DNA of 63,764 nt, filler included, from Phoronis australis (lineage: Eukaryota; Animalia; Phoronida), in the NCBI GenBank assembly GCA_002633005.1. It is 8 parts of 8 records of this genome, joined end to end, with 100 filler letters (N's around TTAATTAATTAA, not from the genome) between each part and the next. Parts side by side here need not be neighbours in the genome. Positions count along the whole stretch, not along the records: positions 25,172 to 29,959 come from NMRA01002486.1; positions 30,060 to 58,524 come from NMRA01001211.1; 6 more parts are not named here. One strand, given 5' to 3'. The notes beneath the pieces are model-generated. The model did no database searches. It was not told where the DNA came from and saw nothing but the letters and a program-made list of their open reading frames with translations. The translations under genes were made by a program, and so were the position numbers. Shown here piece by piece: positions 25,252-36,809 of this stretch (position 1 is the stretch's first letter; the number at the start of each line of letters is the position of its first letter).

Positions 25252-28200
25252 ATATTTGTAGTCATATTTGGTATAGGGGAGTCCACTGAGCACCTCTTCT
25301 TTAGCTAGTGACCGCAGTAGCATGTCCCGACGTATCTTTATCCCCCGTACATCGTCACCTAGCACCGTCTCCAGCTTGTAGGCGGGGATCGACTTGTTCT
25401 TGACCAATAGGATGATCTCGTCATCCGTGAGTTCAGATGGACCATCCTGTGGTGAGAATTGACAACATCAACGTCAATAAGAAACATTCTACATACAACT
25501 CTGAAGTGCTTTCGATGTGCATAGGCAAACTTCCCTCGACCGAATTTCTAATTCCAATTCGCAAAGATAGGCCAAGATTACAGGGACGCAATTTCCTTCA
25601 GACAACGGATGTCTTTTGTGAACTGTTCCAGTATCATAATGCATAACAATGGCACTTTGACGGTATGATGATGGCAAAGAATTAAATGCTGGAGATCTTC
25701 CACTGAATCAAATCCACCAACTAAGGCGAATTTCGTCATGTCACAGCTATATCGGAAAATGGCTGTTAGCTTCGATGCAACTCTTTCATGTGAATTTATC
25801 TCTCAGAGACAAAATCGAAATATAACATCTAAAACACAATACCCGTTTTTCAAAATCCAATCACATAATACAAACACAACTACCCAAAGGGCGAATCCTT
25901 CCAATAAGTACAAAAGTAAAAAAACTCACATCAGACTTGAGTATAGCTATGCACTCCTTGAGAGGCCGTGGCTCTCTAGGAGTGCTCTCCAGCTGAGCCA
26001 GGGGGCTGGGCTCGTCATCGTCACCCCAGTCAGTCTGAGTCTCCTTAGTCTCCAGTTCTTTGCCAGAGTCCGACTCACTGTCTGAGTAGTCACCAATGAT
26101 GAATGCCGTCGTGGGCTTGGACTCCACGGTTTCCACTTGGACTGAATCACCTAGCAACCAAACATTGTGTTCATTAACAACCACGGGCATGAGTCTTACA
26201 ACAAGATGATTTTTCAATCGAGGGAAGAATTACCTTTTTTGGAACTGAACTAGCCTAAGTAGTAGGGGTGTCACGCAGTGAATGCCGGACTCCAATGAAT
26301 GACTTACTTTGCTCAGTATTATGGGATCACCCCTGCTGTACTGATAGACTAACCTAGATTGATCTCCACATTGAGGCTGTAAACATCGGAAGGGCATGAC
26401 TGACTGGTAAGGATTTTCAGTTACTAAAACCTTCCGAGGGTATGTGCTAGTTAAAACTGATTCTAACTTCGAGGAGAAATGCTTTATCACTGGAAGGGAA
26501 TTTTGGGGCAGGACAGGGGAAATTTTAGGCCATTTCTATGGTTTTTCTTCACATGATAGTGGGGCCACAACTTGGCCCAATATCGAGTCATTGAGGGCTC
26601 TGATTAACGAACTAACGTAATACAAACATCAATGAAATTTGCCTTTTGCATTACTTTTTAAGTAACCAAAATTTAAATAAAACACTCTGCATGGGACGGA
26701 TTTTTATTACTATTACAGCCACCAAGTAGGCATTTAGCCAAGATATACAAAAGCACCTGCCTACCTGTTGACTTGCTGACCTCAAGACCTTCATCCTTGA
26801 CAACAGGCTCTGCCTTGCTTGTGGTTTCGTCTGTGTTTAGTTTAACACTGTTGACTTGAATGTCTTCATCAATGAGAATATACTTGATAGCCAATAGCAC
26901 TACTAAGGCCATGGGAACGGTCCAGTCATAGCCAATGGAGAACAACCTGACAAATGAGAATCAACAAGAATACTACATATGACAATGATTGACAAGCAAT
27001 GCCCCGCCTTCTGACAAGACTATAAGGAGCATAGTTTATGAGTCAACTGTCTCTTATCCGCGCTATGATTCCGACACATATACATCACTAGACAGCCACT
27101 CACTACTGAAGATTAGACATTTAGATACTCCTCAAGCAATAAGACTTAAGGTGGCTATGAAACTGCCTTCCATCACCAAACAAACTTTGAATTTAGAGCA
27201 CTAACCGTTATGAAATCAGTCTCAATTTGTCCTGTGGTCAACTTGGTGTTGAGTCCAATGCTTCAGAACAATTGACAGTTTGTTATTGCATGGGATTAGG
27301 TTCTATAGGTTGGGTTGTCACTGCGTGTCATTTTATGCACTAAGCATGGTCTCTTTGAAAACTCACGAATCACCAAGTGAGGAACAAAATGGGATAGATT
27401 TTAATACAGTGCCAGACCGAAATCAGGTTTCACGTCTTGGACGAAACCGTGATACCGTAGAGTATTTAAACCATGAACAGGGCCAAACCGACGGTACTTA
27501 CTCACCTCATGATATAGAACTGCCAGATCGGCATGGTCGGAGTGATCTCCTTTGGTAAATTGGACGGGTTTGCAACACTAGAGGTGAGGGGGGTGTCAGC
27601 CTGAGAGGCAATCCATCGACTATGGGCGTGTACCAGTACTAGGCCAGCTGACTGAAAGCGTAGAAATTACATTCATTATATCAGCTTCTAATGAGACTGG
27701 CAGATTAAAAATTTATAACAGGATTTGAAGGGAAAACAACAGGATTTGACGTATATGTGTGTACACTAGAAGATTTTGATTAGTACATGCATCAGTATTT
27801 CATCTAAAACATGAAAATTATTACACTTCACAAAGGAAAGGTTCTCACTTTATCAGATTTCTACTTTTCAAGAATTTGCCAACAGTTTTTCACGACTTAA
27901 TTTTCATTTTCGATGAACAGTTTTCCTCCAAATACTTCGTTATAGATGTTTGTCAGGCATAACCGAGAACATCAAGTTGTCTAGACTCACAAACTGCAAC
28001 TTTTTTATCTATCCATATTTTTACCATTTTTTAAATTCCACGAGTTTTCTGTGGATAGGAAACACTCTAGTCATTTTTTCAGATTTTCTGTCAGGTACGA
28101 ACCACGAAGCACATGAAATTGGCATCATAATTATTTAGAGACACGTGTTTTGTTTGATATTGTGCCTGAGAAGAAATAATGCAAAAACTGAAGTTATGGA

Positions 28201-29888
28201 AGATAACACTGTTTTCCAGATTAACATGCTAGTACTATGCTGGCAACACCTGTGGTATGTTAAGCCGTCTGAAATTTGATTCGCGTCTGTCCAAAGTTAA
28301 CAACTTTTGGGACTCTAGAAAAGCATGCAACACAACTTATTCACAGAACTCTTAACACTCGTCAATTCTAACAGGAGGCAATATTTATTGCTGAACAGAC
28401 TAAAATAGCTCCTTTTCATCATTCGTTTCATAAGCACTGTAAAACCTTCTTCGGTATACAGTAGTTTACAAAAAAAGAGTTAACGAATTTTGTCCAAATT
28501 CGCCGAAAACTCAGATCAGTTGAAAAACAACTCTTAATCATTTAAAAGTTATCTTAGAACACAACTGTACAACAGTCAGTATAACACACCATGATTATCT
28601 TGATTCGCTGCGTAACAGGGTTAGGTTTTTTCTCTTGTTCTTCCTGCAGCACTTTCTTTATCTGCTGAAGTTGCCAGATGGGGGTGCCATCTGGTTGATC
28701 TTGGGATAACTAAAACAACAAAGGAACAGCGCATGTCACATGAAGATGCCATCTAGAGAATGTTGGAAGAACTGCAATGCAACTATGAAAGGTAACGTGC
28801 AACAAGGAGATAAGTCAAACAATCTGACAGGTTGCAGTGCAACAAAGTACACGTCAGGTGACAGTGCCATCTAGTGAGCACTGAGATAACAGTTTCCCTG
28901 GCAACAAAAAGCCCGGTATGCTACATCCACATAACACTAACAGCTCTAAAAAACCCCGACTCACCTCGAGGACGAGTGCAAGGCATGCTGGGTAGAAGGT
29001 CATGAAGGCGAGGTAATTGGCAACGACGGAGAGACAGCCAAAGCAGCACATGGTCTCCAGTTGACGAACACCTGCAAGTCAGTTCAATTCTAGTAAACTA
29101 CAAATGTAACACTGAAGTGTATAAACAAATTGTATCAGATAAAAATTGTAAAATGCCTGTTTTTGAAAACGTACGACATCCAGCATCAACAAATGTCATT
29201 TCCTGTAAATATTCTAATCTTAGTTCACAATCAGTTGAAAATTGACTAATCGTAAAGCAGATGTATTGTTTTCCATGACGTATATTTTTTCTTTTATTTT
29301 AAATCAAAGGCAAAATTGTTTTGACGAGTTTGACAATCTTTTGACACAGACAAGAAATGTTGTAATATTTTCTTGCCTTTCACTGTATTAACGTTTCTCC
29401 AATTAGGGTTCGAACAACAAACAGCAAACATACATTCACAGACAGAATAGTAGTAAAAAAAACATACAACGGGCAATCGAGTATCTGAAAGTCATCTCAA
29501 TGGGTGTGCTCAAGTTGCATTCTTCAACCGCTCATAATCAAAGTTGGCATTCCAGTCCTAGAGTTCTAAACTGAAATGAGCCATAGATTGCCAGACCCTG
29601 ACAAACGCTCCCTGTGACCTCACTACTATCTTTCATCCGCAGCTTCCTGTTTTGAAGTTGAACTGAACTGAAAATGGCTGCAAACCCAGCTTCCTACCTG
29701 AGAGAGTACCGACACCAATGACAAGCGTCTCTACTAAAGCGTCCAAGGTCATGGTTGGTCCGAGGAGAGCCATGCCGTGCCCAATATTGTCTGTGACCTC
29801 GGCGTTTGACCGTGAACTCAGGGCGAACCGGGCAAGAGCGATGGCCTTGGAGAGGTCAACCAGCAACAGGAAGAAGGGCAGGGCTTCA
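25252..29888 (-). CDS. HMGCR: 3-hydroxy-3-methylglutaryl-CoA reductase, internal exons (sterol-sensing membrane domain, linker, start of catalytic domain)
   Basis: Seven in-phase GT-AG exons: 29888-29698 ([15 protein letters not shown]...[20 protein letters not shown]), 29071-28965 ([35 protein letters not shown]), 28709-28590 ([13 protein letters not shown]), 27651-27506 ([13 protein letters not shown]), 26946-26765, 26150-25930 (EPRPLKEC), 25446-25252 ([10 protein letters not shown]...IPAYKLE...LPYTKYDY). Truncated by spacers at both ends. Confidence 0.96.
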
Positions 29889-30059
29889 CTGAAATATGAT
29901 GTTACCATGGTGACATTAGCTATCCAACCACCTTTCAAGTGACTGGTTTCGTAGCAAACNNNNNNNNNNNNNNNNNNNNNNNNNNNNNNNNNNNNNNNNN
30001 NNNTTAATTAATTAANNNNNNNNNNNNNNNNNNNNNNNNNNNNNNNNNNNNNNNNNNNN

Positions 30060-30382
30060 ATTTTTTTCTCAGCCTCCTCCATGGGTTTGGGGCGAGAGCC
30101 TCCTCCCGTTTTCTTCACCTCTCTTTGCAGTTGGTTCTTTGAGGCTCTCGCCCCAGACACCATGTGCCTCCACTTTTCCTTTGTATCATATGCTGTTCTC
30201 TTTGCTGTTCCCAGACTTGTGATTTTGGAAGCTATGTCTTCCCAAACCGAGTTCTTTTCGGCCTTGGTCACCTTCTGACTGAACTTGCTATTAATTACTT
30301 GCAAGTTTGACTCGGCAAGTTCAGTCAGAAGGTTGATTTCGTGCTTTGTCCAATTGCAAGATCTTTTCTTTTCTGCAGCCAT
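30060..30382 (-). CDS. Myb/SANT-like DNA-binding protein of a Harbinger element (NAIF1-like, 3'-partial)
   Basis: MAAEKKRSCNWTKHEINLL...KNSVWEDIASKI...RTAYDTKEKWRHM...KKTGGG matches the Harbinger accessory Myb-like layout. Confidence 0.85.
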
Positions 30383-30608
30383 TTTGTCTGTGCCATGGTA
30401 ACAGGAATTATGGGTATTGCCTTATATGGTATCCAATTTGGCTATCCACCGTATAACATAGATATCCGCTGGATAGTTATCCGAACCTTATCCAAGCTTT
30501 GTGCAACCCAAATTTATACGCCGGATAACTATCCGGCGTATAAATCTTATCCGGCGTATAAGCTCTTATCCGCTGGATAGTTATACAGACTTTTATGCAA
30601 CCGGGCCC
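30060..30608 (-). mobile_element. PIF/Harbinger transposon terminal fragment
   Basis: Minus-strand terminus GGGCCCGGTTGCATAAA, subterminal TATCC/GGATA repeats and an adjacent Myb/SANT ORF. Cut by the spacer. Confidence 0.8.
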
Positions 30609-31499
30609 TGATGTATAAATTCCATACCCTTCAAATTCTGATGTTTCTTTTATTTTTATAGGTACTTGCGCGTAATGTTACAAGTTTACACTAGTAGATT
30701 CTCATTTGACTTCTGCAGCTGCCCCTTCAGCCCTTCCATTTTTATCAATTCCTGAATTTCAGCATCCTCTTATTGTAAATTGGAGTTCATTTTGTAGCGA
30801 CGGAGCTTCAGTAGATACCGAGGAACCGGCGTCTGAGTTGCAGACGATATAATTTATTTGCAAATGAAACTGAGACAAAAGTGTTATATACTTAAAAGTG
30901 TTGTACCAGATGAAATGTTTGTGACCTGATTGCATGTTGAGTGTTATTTATTCGGAAGTAATTTAATTATTTTTAAACTATATTGGAAAGGTTTTCTTAT
31001 CGAAGTGGCCAGCGACGTTGATGTCGATATTGACCTACTTTTTGTATATTCCCTGGCTGAGTGTATTGGGCACTGTCAAAAGTAGTACCGGGAGTGCAAT
31101 ACGGAAAACAACACTACATGGCCGTATTGCACTCAAATTATTCAACGCGTATGGATAAATTCTTATCAAATGCCAAAGGGTTCTTAAACGTGTACCTTTC
31201 TGCGCGTAGAAATTTGCCTAATCTACGCATCCTTCTGCTCAGTCTGCGCTTACTTTTTCTTAATTTACGCCAATTTTATTTCTTAAACGATTATCGATCC
31301 ACCTTTATTCAACGCGCACTTTTGCTTAATCTACGCGTAATTTTACTTCATCAACAAGAAATTTTAAACAGTTCATATAGTCCAGCCATGCCTTTTTTTA
31401 CCGCGAGTCAGGAGCGCGGGCATTGTTTAAAATTGTTGCTTCCCGAATTGGGCAACTGAACGAAGGACTGCTCGACAAAAGTTCAGAACTTTGTTAGAG

Positions 31500-31997
31500 T
31501 CCTGAGGTGTCCGTCCCTCCATGCTCAAAATGTACTTATGGCACCGTGAGAAATATTAATATGTGTGGGGCGTAATTGGTACGTTGCGTGGACGGGTGCC
31601 GCTGCGTTCTTCACATGAACGAGCTAGCCAATTATGGCGAAGTGTGTCATCCTTCGGAAAGCGACGCAAGGTACCCACAGCGCGTGTGACACGATAATGA
31701 GTACCTCCCGGCACGCAGCAACAGCGTGGCATGTTCACTGACTTGCAAACAAAAGCAAAAGACTACCGAACTTATCACAACCGAAGTAGAACAATGACTG
31801 ACTCGACAGCTCTCACAGTCAGACTATATTGAAAAGAAATTGGCGCGAAACTCTTGCCTCCCAAAACGTCACTTCCGGAGTAGAGGACGAGAAATTAATC
31901 AAATTACGAAAAGCTGTAATTAAGTGAAAAATGTATCTGGGATAATCAACGAACCTTATTTTTGCTCAAAACGACATGAAAAAGGTTGCCTTCGCCT
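31500..31997 (-). mobile_element. Kolobok-like element end with a decayed THAP-domain ORF
   Basis: ORF 31738-31556 reads MPRCCCVPGG...LRRFPKDDTLRHNWL, a THAP domain lacking its second Cys. The minus-strand terminus TTAA-AGGCGAAGGCAAC lies near 32001-31985. Confidence 0.6.
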
Positions 31998-32199
31998 TTA
32001 AGGATAAGCCAGAAAATCTGTCTACTACTCAAAGACAAAATGCAGAAATCCACAGTCTTCTCTGGAGTACACTAAAAACCAAAGACCAAAAACTAAAACA
32101 TCAACTTTTGGTTGTAGGCTTTTCGAGAAATAGGCCCCTTATGGTGTTACCGATACCACGACAAAGGAGGGAATCGCGTGAGTTCTTACACGCGGTAGA

Positions 32200-33290
32200 G
32201 AGTGCTTCAAATCGTTAAGGAATGTCATTCTTTACACTTGATAAATGGATCTTCTAGAAGATTCCGTTGTCATCGATTCTGTAACCCTCATTTTAGTAAG
32301 AAGCATTTTCAATGATTTGGCCGATGAAATTTTAACCCGAAGATTATAAAAAGCAACAATCAAACGGTGATCACCAAAGAGAGTGTGCCAGAATTTTCTG
32401 TCGATTAAATCGGCATTAATAAAATGTAGTTGTTGTGTTGATCCATTCAGGAAAGTTCATTGTATTCGAATTAAATCTGGTCCACTAGATCCTCACATAA
32501 TTAAACTCCTAGAACCTGGGAGACAGCATGCCTCCTTCAAAAGGGGAGATGTACAGAAATTTGGCGAAAATCGTCGCTTCTTGCATTTTCAGAAGACAGG
32601 TAAAGAATTTAAAAATGGTTTCAAAGAGTTGTTCAGAAGGTTATATATGTTTATCAAATTTCTCAATTCGTCACATGGTGGAGCTCGGTTCAAAGTGTCG
32701 TGTGCTTGGGATGTTAATGTTAATGATTTTTATGAGCTGCACCCTTTTAACTACGAAGTCCCGTCTTTAGTAGGTTTTGATGACTTTCAAGGACCCACGT
32801 ATATACACACAACGTACCGAGGGTGGCGTACATGAAGTAATATCCCACGAGACATTATTCCGCGTATCGACAGAGAACAGATATAGTTAAAAAACAACAA
32901 AATTTGATATTGTAGTTTCCTATGAATCGGCGCATGAGTTGCAGACGATAGAGCCATTGAAAACTGAGACATAAGTGTCATATAATTAACAGTTTTGTTC
33001 CAGATTTTACGTTTAAGGCCTGGTTGCATGTCGAATGCTAGTTACACTGCTAAAACTGTATTACTTTAAACTATATTCGGAAAGTTTGATGATCGAACCG
33101 GCTGAAAACGTCGAGTCGAAATGACGTGCCTTTTGAACTTTCCCTGTCAGAGGTCACTGTTGAAGTAGTGCGGGAGGTGAATATGGAAAACTTTATTACA
33201 TGGCTGTATTTCCCTCGACAGATTCCACTCGTATAGGATAAATTTTCTAGTAGAGACTCTTCCACAGTTCCTGCGTACTGGAGACAGTTT
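32200..33290 (-). mobile_element. Possible ancient LINE (CR1/L2-like) remnant
   Basis: Only a short minus-strand ISP...RSL...SSGPDLI resemblance to the L..L...KS.GPD motif upstream of the RT. Heavily decayed. Confidence 0.25.
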
Positions 33291-33412
33291 AACTTCAGTT
33301 GAATATGGCCTTACCTCACATATCAATCAACGCTGTTGACACGCAACAGCACCGTTATATTGCAGAGAATGAATGTTTGAACTTTACCTTGTTGTCTTGC
33401 TCACTAATATTC

Positions 33413-34465
33413 AAGCACGCCTCCAGCGGGCACTATCAAAACTGGAGGACTGGTGCTCCATCTGGCGCATCAAACTCAATGCCGCAAAATCACAGGTCAT
33501 CCTGTTCCACCGCAAACAGAAACTGCGACCGTTCAGTCTTTCACTATTTGGTGTCAGGCTCACACCAAAAGCAGAGGCCACTCTGCTAGGGGTAACCCTT
33601 GATCAAAGACTGACGTTACAGCCCCACGTCGCACGCGTGTGTGACCGTGCAAGAACCAGAGTCAAGCTCATGTATCGATTGAAGGGCACAGGGTGGGGCG
33701 CTAGGAGCGACTGCCTACTACTGATCTACAAAATGTTCATCAGACCCCTATTCGAATATGACGCCATCGACATTTCAACCTGTGCTCCTTCCACAATCGA
33801 AAGACTACAGANNNNNNNNNNNNNNNNNNNNNNNNNNNNNNNNNNNNNNNNNNNNNNNNNNNNNNNNNNNNNNNNNNNNNNNNNNNNNNNNNNNNNNNNN
33901 NNNNNNNNNNNNNNNNNNNNNNNNNNNNNNNNNNNNNNNNNNNNNNNNNNNNNNNNNNNNNNNNNNNNNNNNNNNNNNNNNNNNNNNNNNNNNNNNNNNN
34001 NNAGACAACCAAATTTCGTGACAACCTGCTACCGGAGCACTAAGGGTTCGGGCCCTGGGCTACTGGTAACTGTTCCGAAGGGGCGTCGGGGCAGTATAAA
34101 GACAAGGGAAAATAAAAAAAAAATAAATAAAAATAAAAAAAAAAACTGTCCCGACGGGGCAGTATAAAGACAAGCAACCAGTAGCATGACAGCTGTTGCC
34201 AGCAAGCCGGCTTCATGTGAACCAACTCTAAGCTGTTGCCATCAAGCCAGCTCTACGATGTCAGTAACGCTGTTGCCATCCAGCCAGCGTCTCGTATCCA
34301 GAAGAAGATCAAGAATACCACCTCTACCACCACCGGCCTACCAGGTCCTGCCCTCGATCCGCGTCCACACCAATCACAGCAAGGACAGAAGGCGAGATCC
34401 TCCGATCTTGCGAAGCTGTCTGAGGGCTTCGCCCTCATCTACTCTCTCGAGTGACGAATTATCGC
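33413..34465 (+). mobile_element. 5'-truncated copy of the same LINE family as 5647-7079 (RT C-terminus and 3' UTR)
   Basis: Encodes RLQRALSKLEDWCSIWRIKLNAAKSQ...LLGVTLDQRLT...LIYKMFIRPLFEY. 13-bp TSD CTCACTAATATTC at 33400-33412 and 34466-34478. The 3' end is shared with 7009-7078. Confidence 0.92.
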
Positions 34466-34646
34466 CTCACTAATATTCTGATTAGTTGTCTGGCGGAATG
34501 AGATTTAAACCTCTATATTTAAAAAACCATGTCTGTTCTGACCCATTGTGTCTGTTTTGGCCCATTATGTCCATTTCAATTCATTGTAACCACTTTGATC
34601 CATTATGTCTACTTTGAACCATTATGTCCATTTCATCCGTTATGTC

Positions 34647-35440
34647 TTTTTAATGCGCCCACATATTTATGTGTGGATGCATTATGCCGTCATCTCTGTC
34701 AGTCCGTCCGTCCGTCCGTACGTACGTACGTCCGTCCGTAAGTCCGTCTGTCTGGTGTCCGTCCGGCGTCCGTTCGGCGTCCGTCCGGCGTCCGTCAGGC
34801 GTCCGTCCGGCGTCCGTCCGGCGTCCGCCGCAATATCTCCAAAACGCCTTGACGTATGTTCATGAAATTTTGCGCACGTGCTTCTTCCGTAAATGGGACG
34901 GCATGAGCGAACCGAACCTTTGGTTGCATCCGACTACCGGTGTGCCCCCTAGTGGCAATTTTAATGTTTACGTTTACCTCTGTATGTTCAAAGGTCCTCA
35001 ACGTACTTTCATAAAATTTGGGATACAGGCATCTGTTAATAAGGTGACGCTCACTGTTTTCAGACGGATTTGACCTAGTTTGCGCCACCTAGTAGCCATT
35101 TTTACTGTTTTCGAGACTCTTTTTAGGCGTCCACTCATCTATCAACCAAACCGCTTTCAGGATAATTCTGAAAATTTGCATGTGTGTCTTTACTATGAAG
35201 TGGACGGCTGACGATGATTTTCCGATGAGTTCGACTACTGTGGCGCTTCCTAGTGACAGTTTTGTTTTTTGGTGCTCATGGCTGTAACTATTTAACCGTT
35301 TGCAGGATCTTTAATTAATTTAGCAGGTGTATTTACATGATGTTGACAATGGACGACAACGACTTTCGGACGGATCTGACTACTGGTGTGCCCCCTAGTG
35401 GCAAGTTTTATTTTTTTTACGTTTACCAGTCTGTATCTTC
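34647..35440 (+). mobile_element. Helentron-associated interspersed element (DINE-1/pearl-like)
   Basis: Typical order: T-run, subterminal inverted repeat (TAATGC...CCACA/TGTGTGGATGCATTA), (GTCC)n microsatellite at 34701-34830, then four diverged ~150-bp units each with a GCCCCCTAGTGG-like box. Confidence 0.7.
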
Positions 35441-36520
35441 ATGATGGCGCTGTAAATAGCAATTATGATGCCGTGAAACATCTCCGTGTCTGTGGTCTGC
35501 AGACGTCGACAGTGCCTGACGAATGCCGGCTCACAAAATAACTCCATACGTTTCGTTGTCTGAGCTTGTTCACGGTACCTCTCTAGTATTTCTTCACCAC
35601 TGTATTCCTGTTCGAATTGATAGCCTGTAAAATTAAACGATCCACCTGCGAAGTCGGGAGTGATGGGCTCTAGCTAGTCCTAAGTCGGGATTGCGAGTTG
35701 CCATGTTGGCGTTTATTACTGAGCGTTCTGTTTCAAAATGAATTATTCTCACCCTAACCAATACTTATGTTAAACTGAAACAAAGTCTGTCTCATTAGAT
35801 GCAATTTGTAATACCTTTGGAGTGTTCGTGAGTGCAAATGATTTGAAAAGCCAGCAATGAATAAATCACTGCGTTACATGCTTTACCTTTTTAACGGGAC
35901 ACCGAGGCCGTTTGAGCTCATGCTAATTTATTGTTTGCTGACAGAAACTGTTGTGAAACAACTCGATTTCAATCCCACGGCCAGGTGTTAGGGGAATCTT
36001 TATTTACATTTACATTACTCAAATAATGATTGTCAATGTACAACTTCTGCCCTGACGGTGCTGTGGCCAAAGCGCAACCTGAATTCGCGGCCCCCGACGA
36101 GTAAGTAGATTTGCAGTTTCGTGGCTAAATCACCAACATAATCACGTGCACATTACTTTGTCTCTCTAGTATAGTATTTTCTTGACTGGAAGTTTAGTTT
36201 CCACTGAACTTTGGCTGGTTTATGTTCGTGATGTCTGATCAGTTTCCGAGCCACTGGCCGGGATAACGAGCCAATCCGCCCGGCCGCGACGGGCCTGATG
36301 GACTCCGAGCCACTGGCCAGGATAAACAGGCGTTTTGTGTTTAGAACTCAAAAATCACAAGTCTAAACAGCACAGATCGAAGTTCTCGTGTCTGCATCTC
36401 ACGGAAAATACTTCGCAATTATCTCCGAACACACCCCAAACTCCTGCTGCGGACCTTATTGGCCTGCCGAACTTTGTAGGCTACGGTGTGTCCAAATACC
36501 AATAAATCCGTAAGAGCGAA

Positions 36521-36809
36521 ATAAAACAACACGTTTTTATCAGAACTCGGTGTATTTTTAAGGGTTTTACATCGAAGTTTGATGATTTATTGGTGTTAAA
36601 CGATGACTTCAAGCGACAAGCTGACACCAGTAACCCGTGTTGAGAACTGCTGAACAGACTGCGTGTGAAACCGATGACATCATTGGATAATTTCAACACC
36701 TCCGTCTGCCGTCAGATGTCAGGTAATGCAACCGTACCTGTCGTTATGGAGTAGAACTACTCGATCTAAATTGATACAAATTAGGTTGTTTTTTTGGTGG
36801 CATGCTCCT
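36521..36809 (-). mobile_element. Kolobok-like DNA transposon end (copy 1)
   Basis: The reverse complement starts TTAA-AGGAGCATGCCACC and aligns over about 270 bp with 63493-63764. The other end was not located. Confidence 0.7.

Noticed and set aside
21691-29888. Fusion of the HMGCR membrane domain to a DEG/ENaC C-terminus (same strand, adjacent)
   Set aside because: An artificial spacer at 25072-25171 separates them; each is a fragment of a normal gene.
32383-32835. 150-aa plus-strand ORF as a host gene
   Set aside because: No recognisable domain or splice context; the opposite strand looks like decayed LINE sequence.
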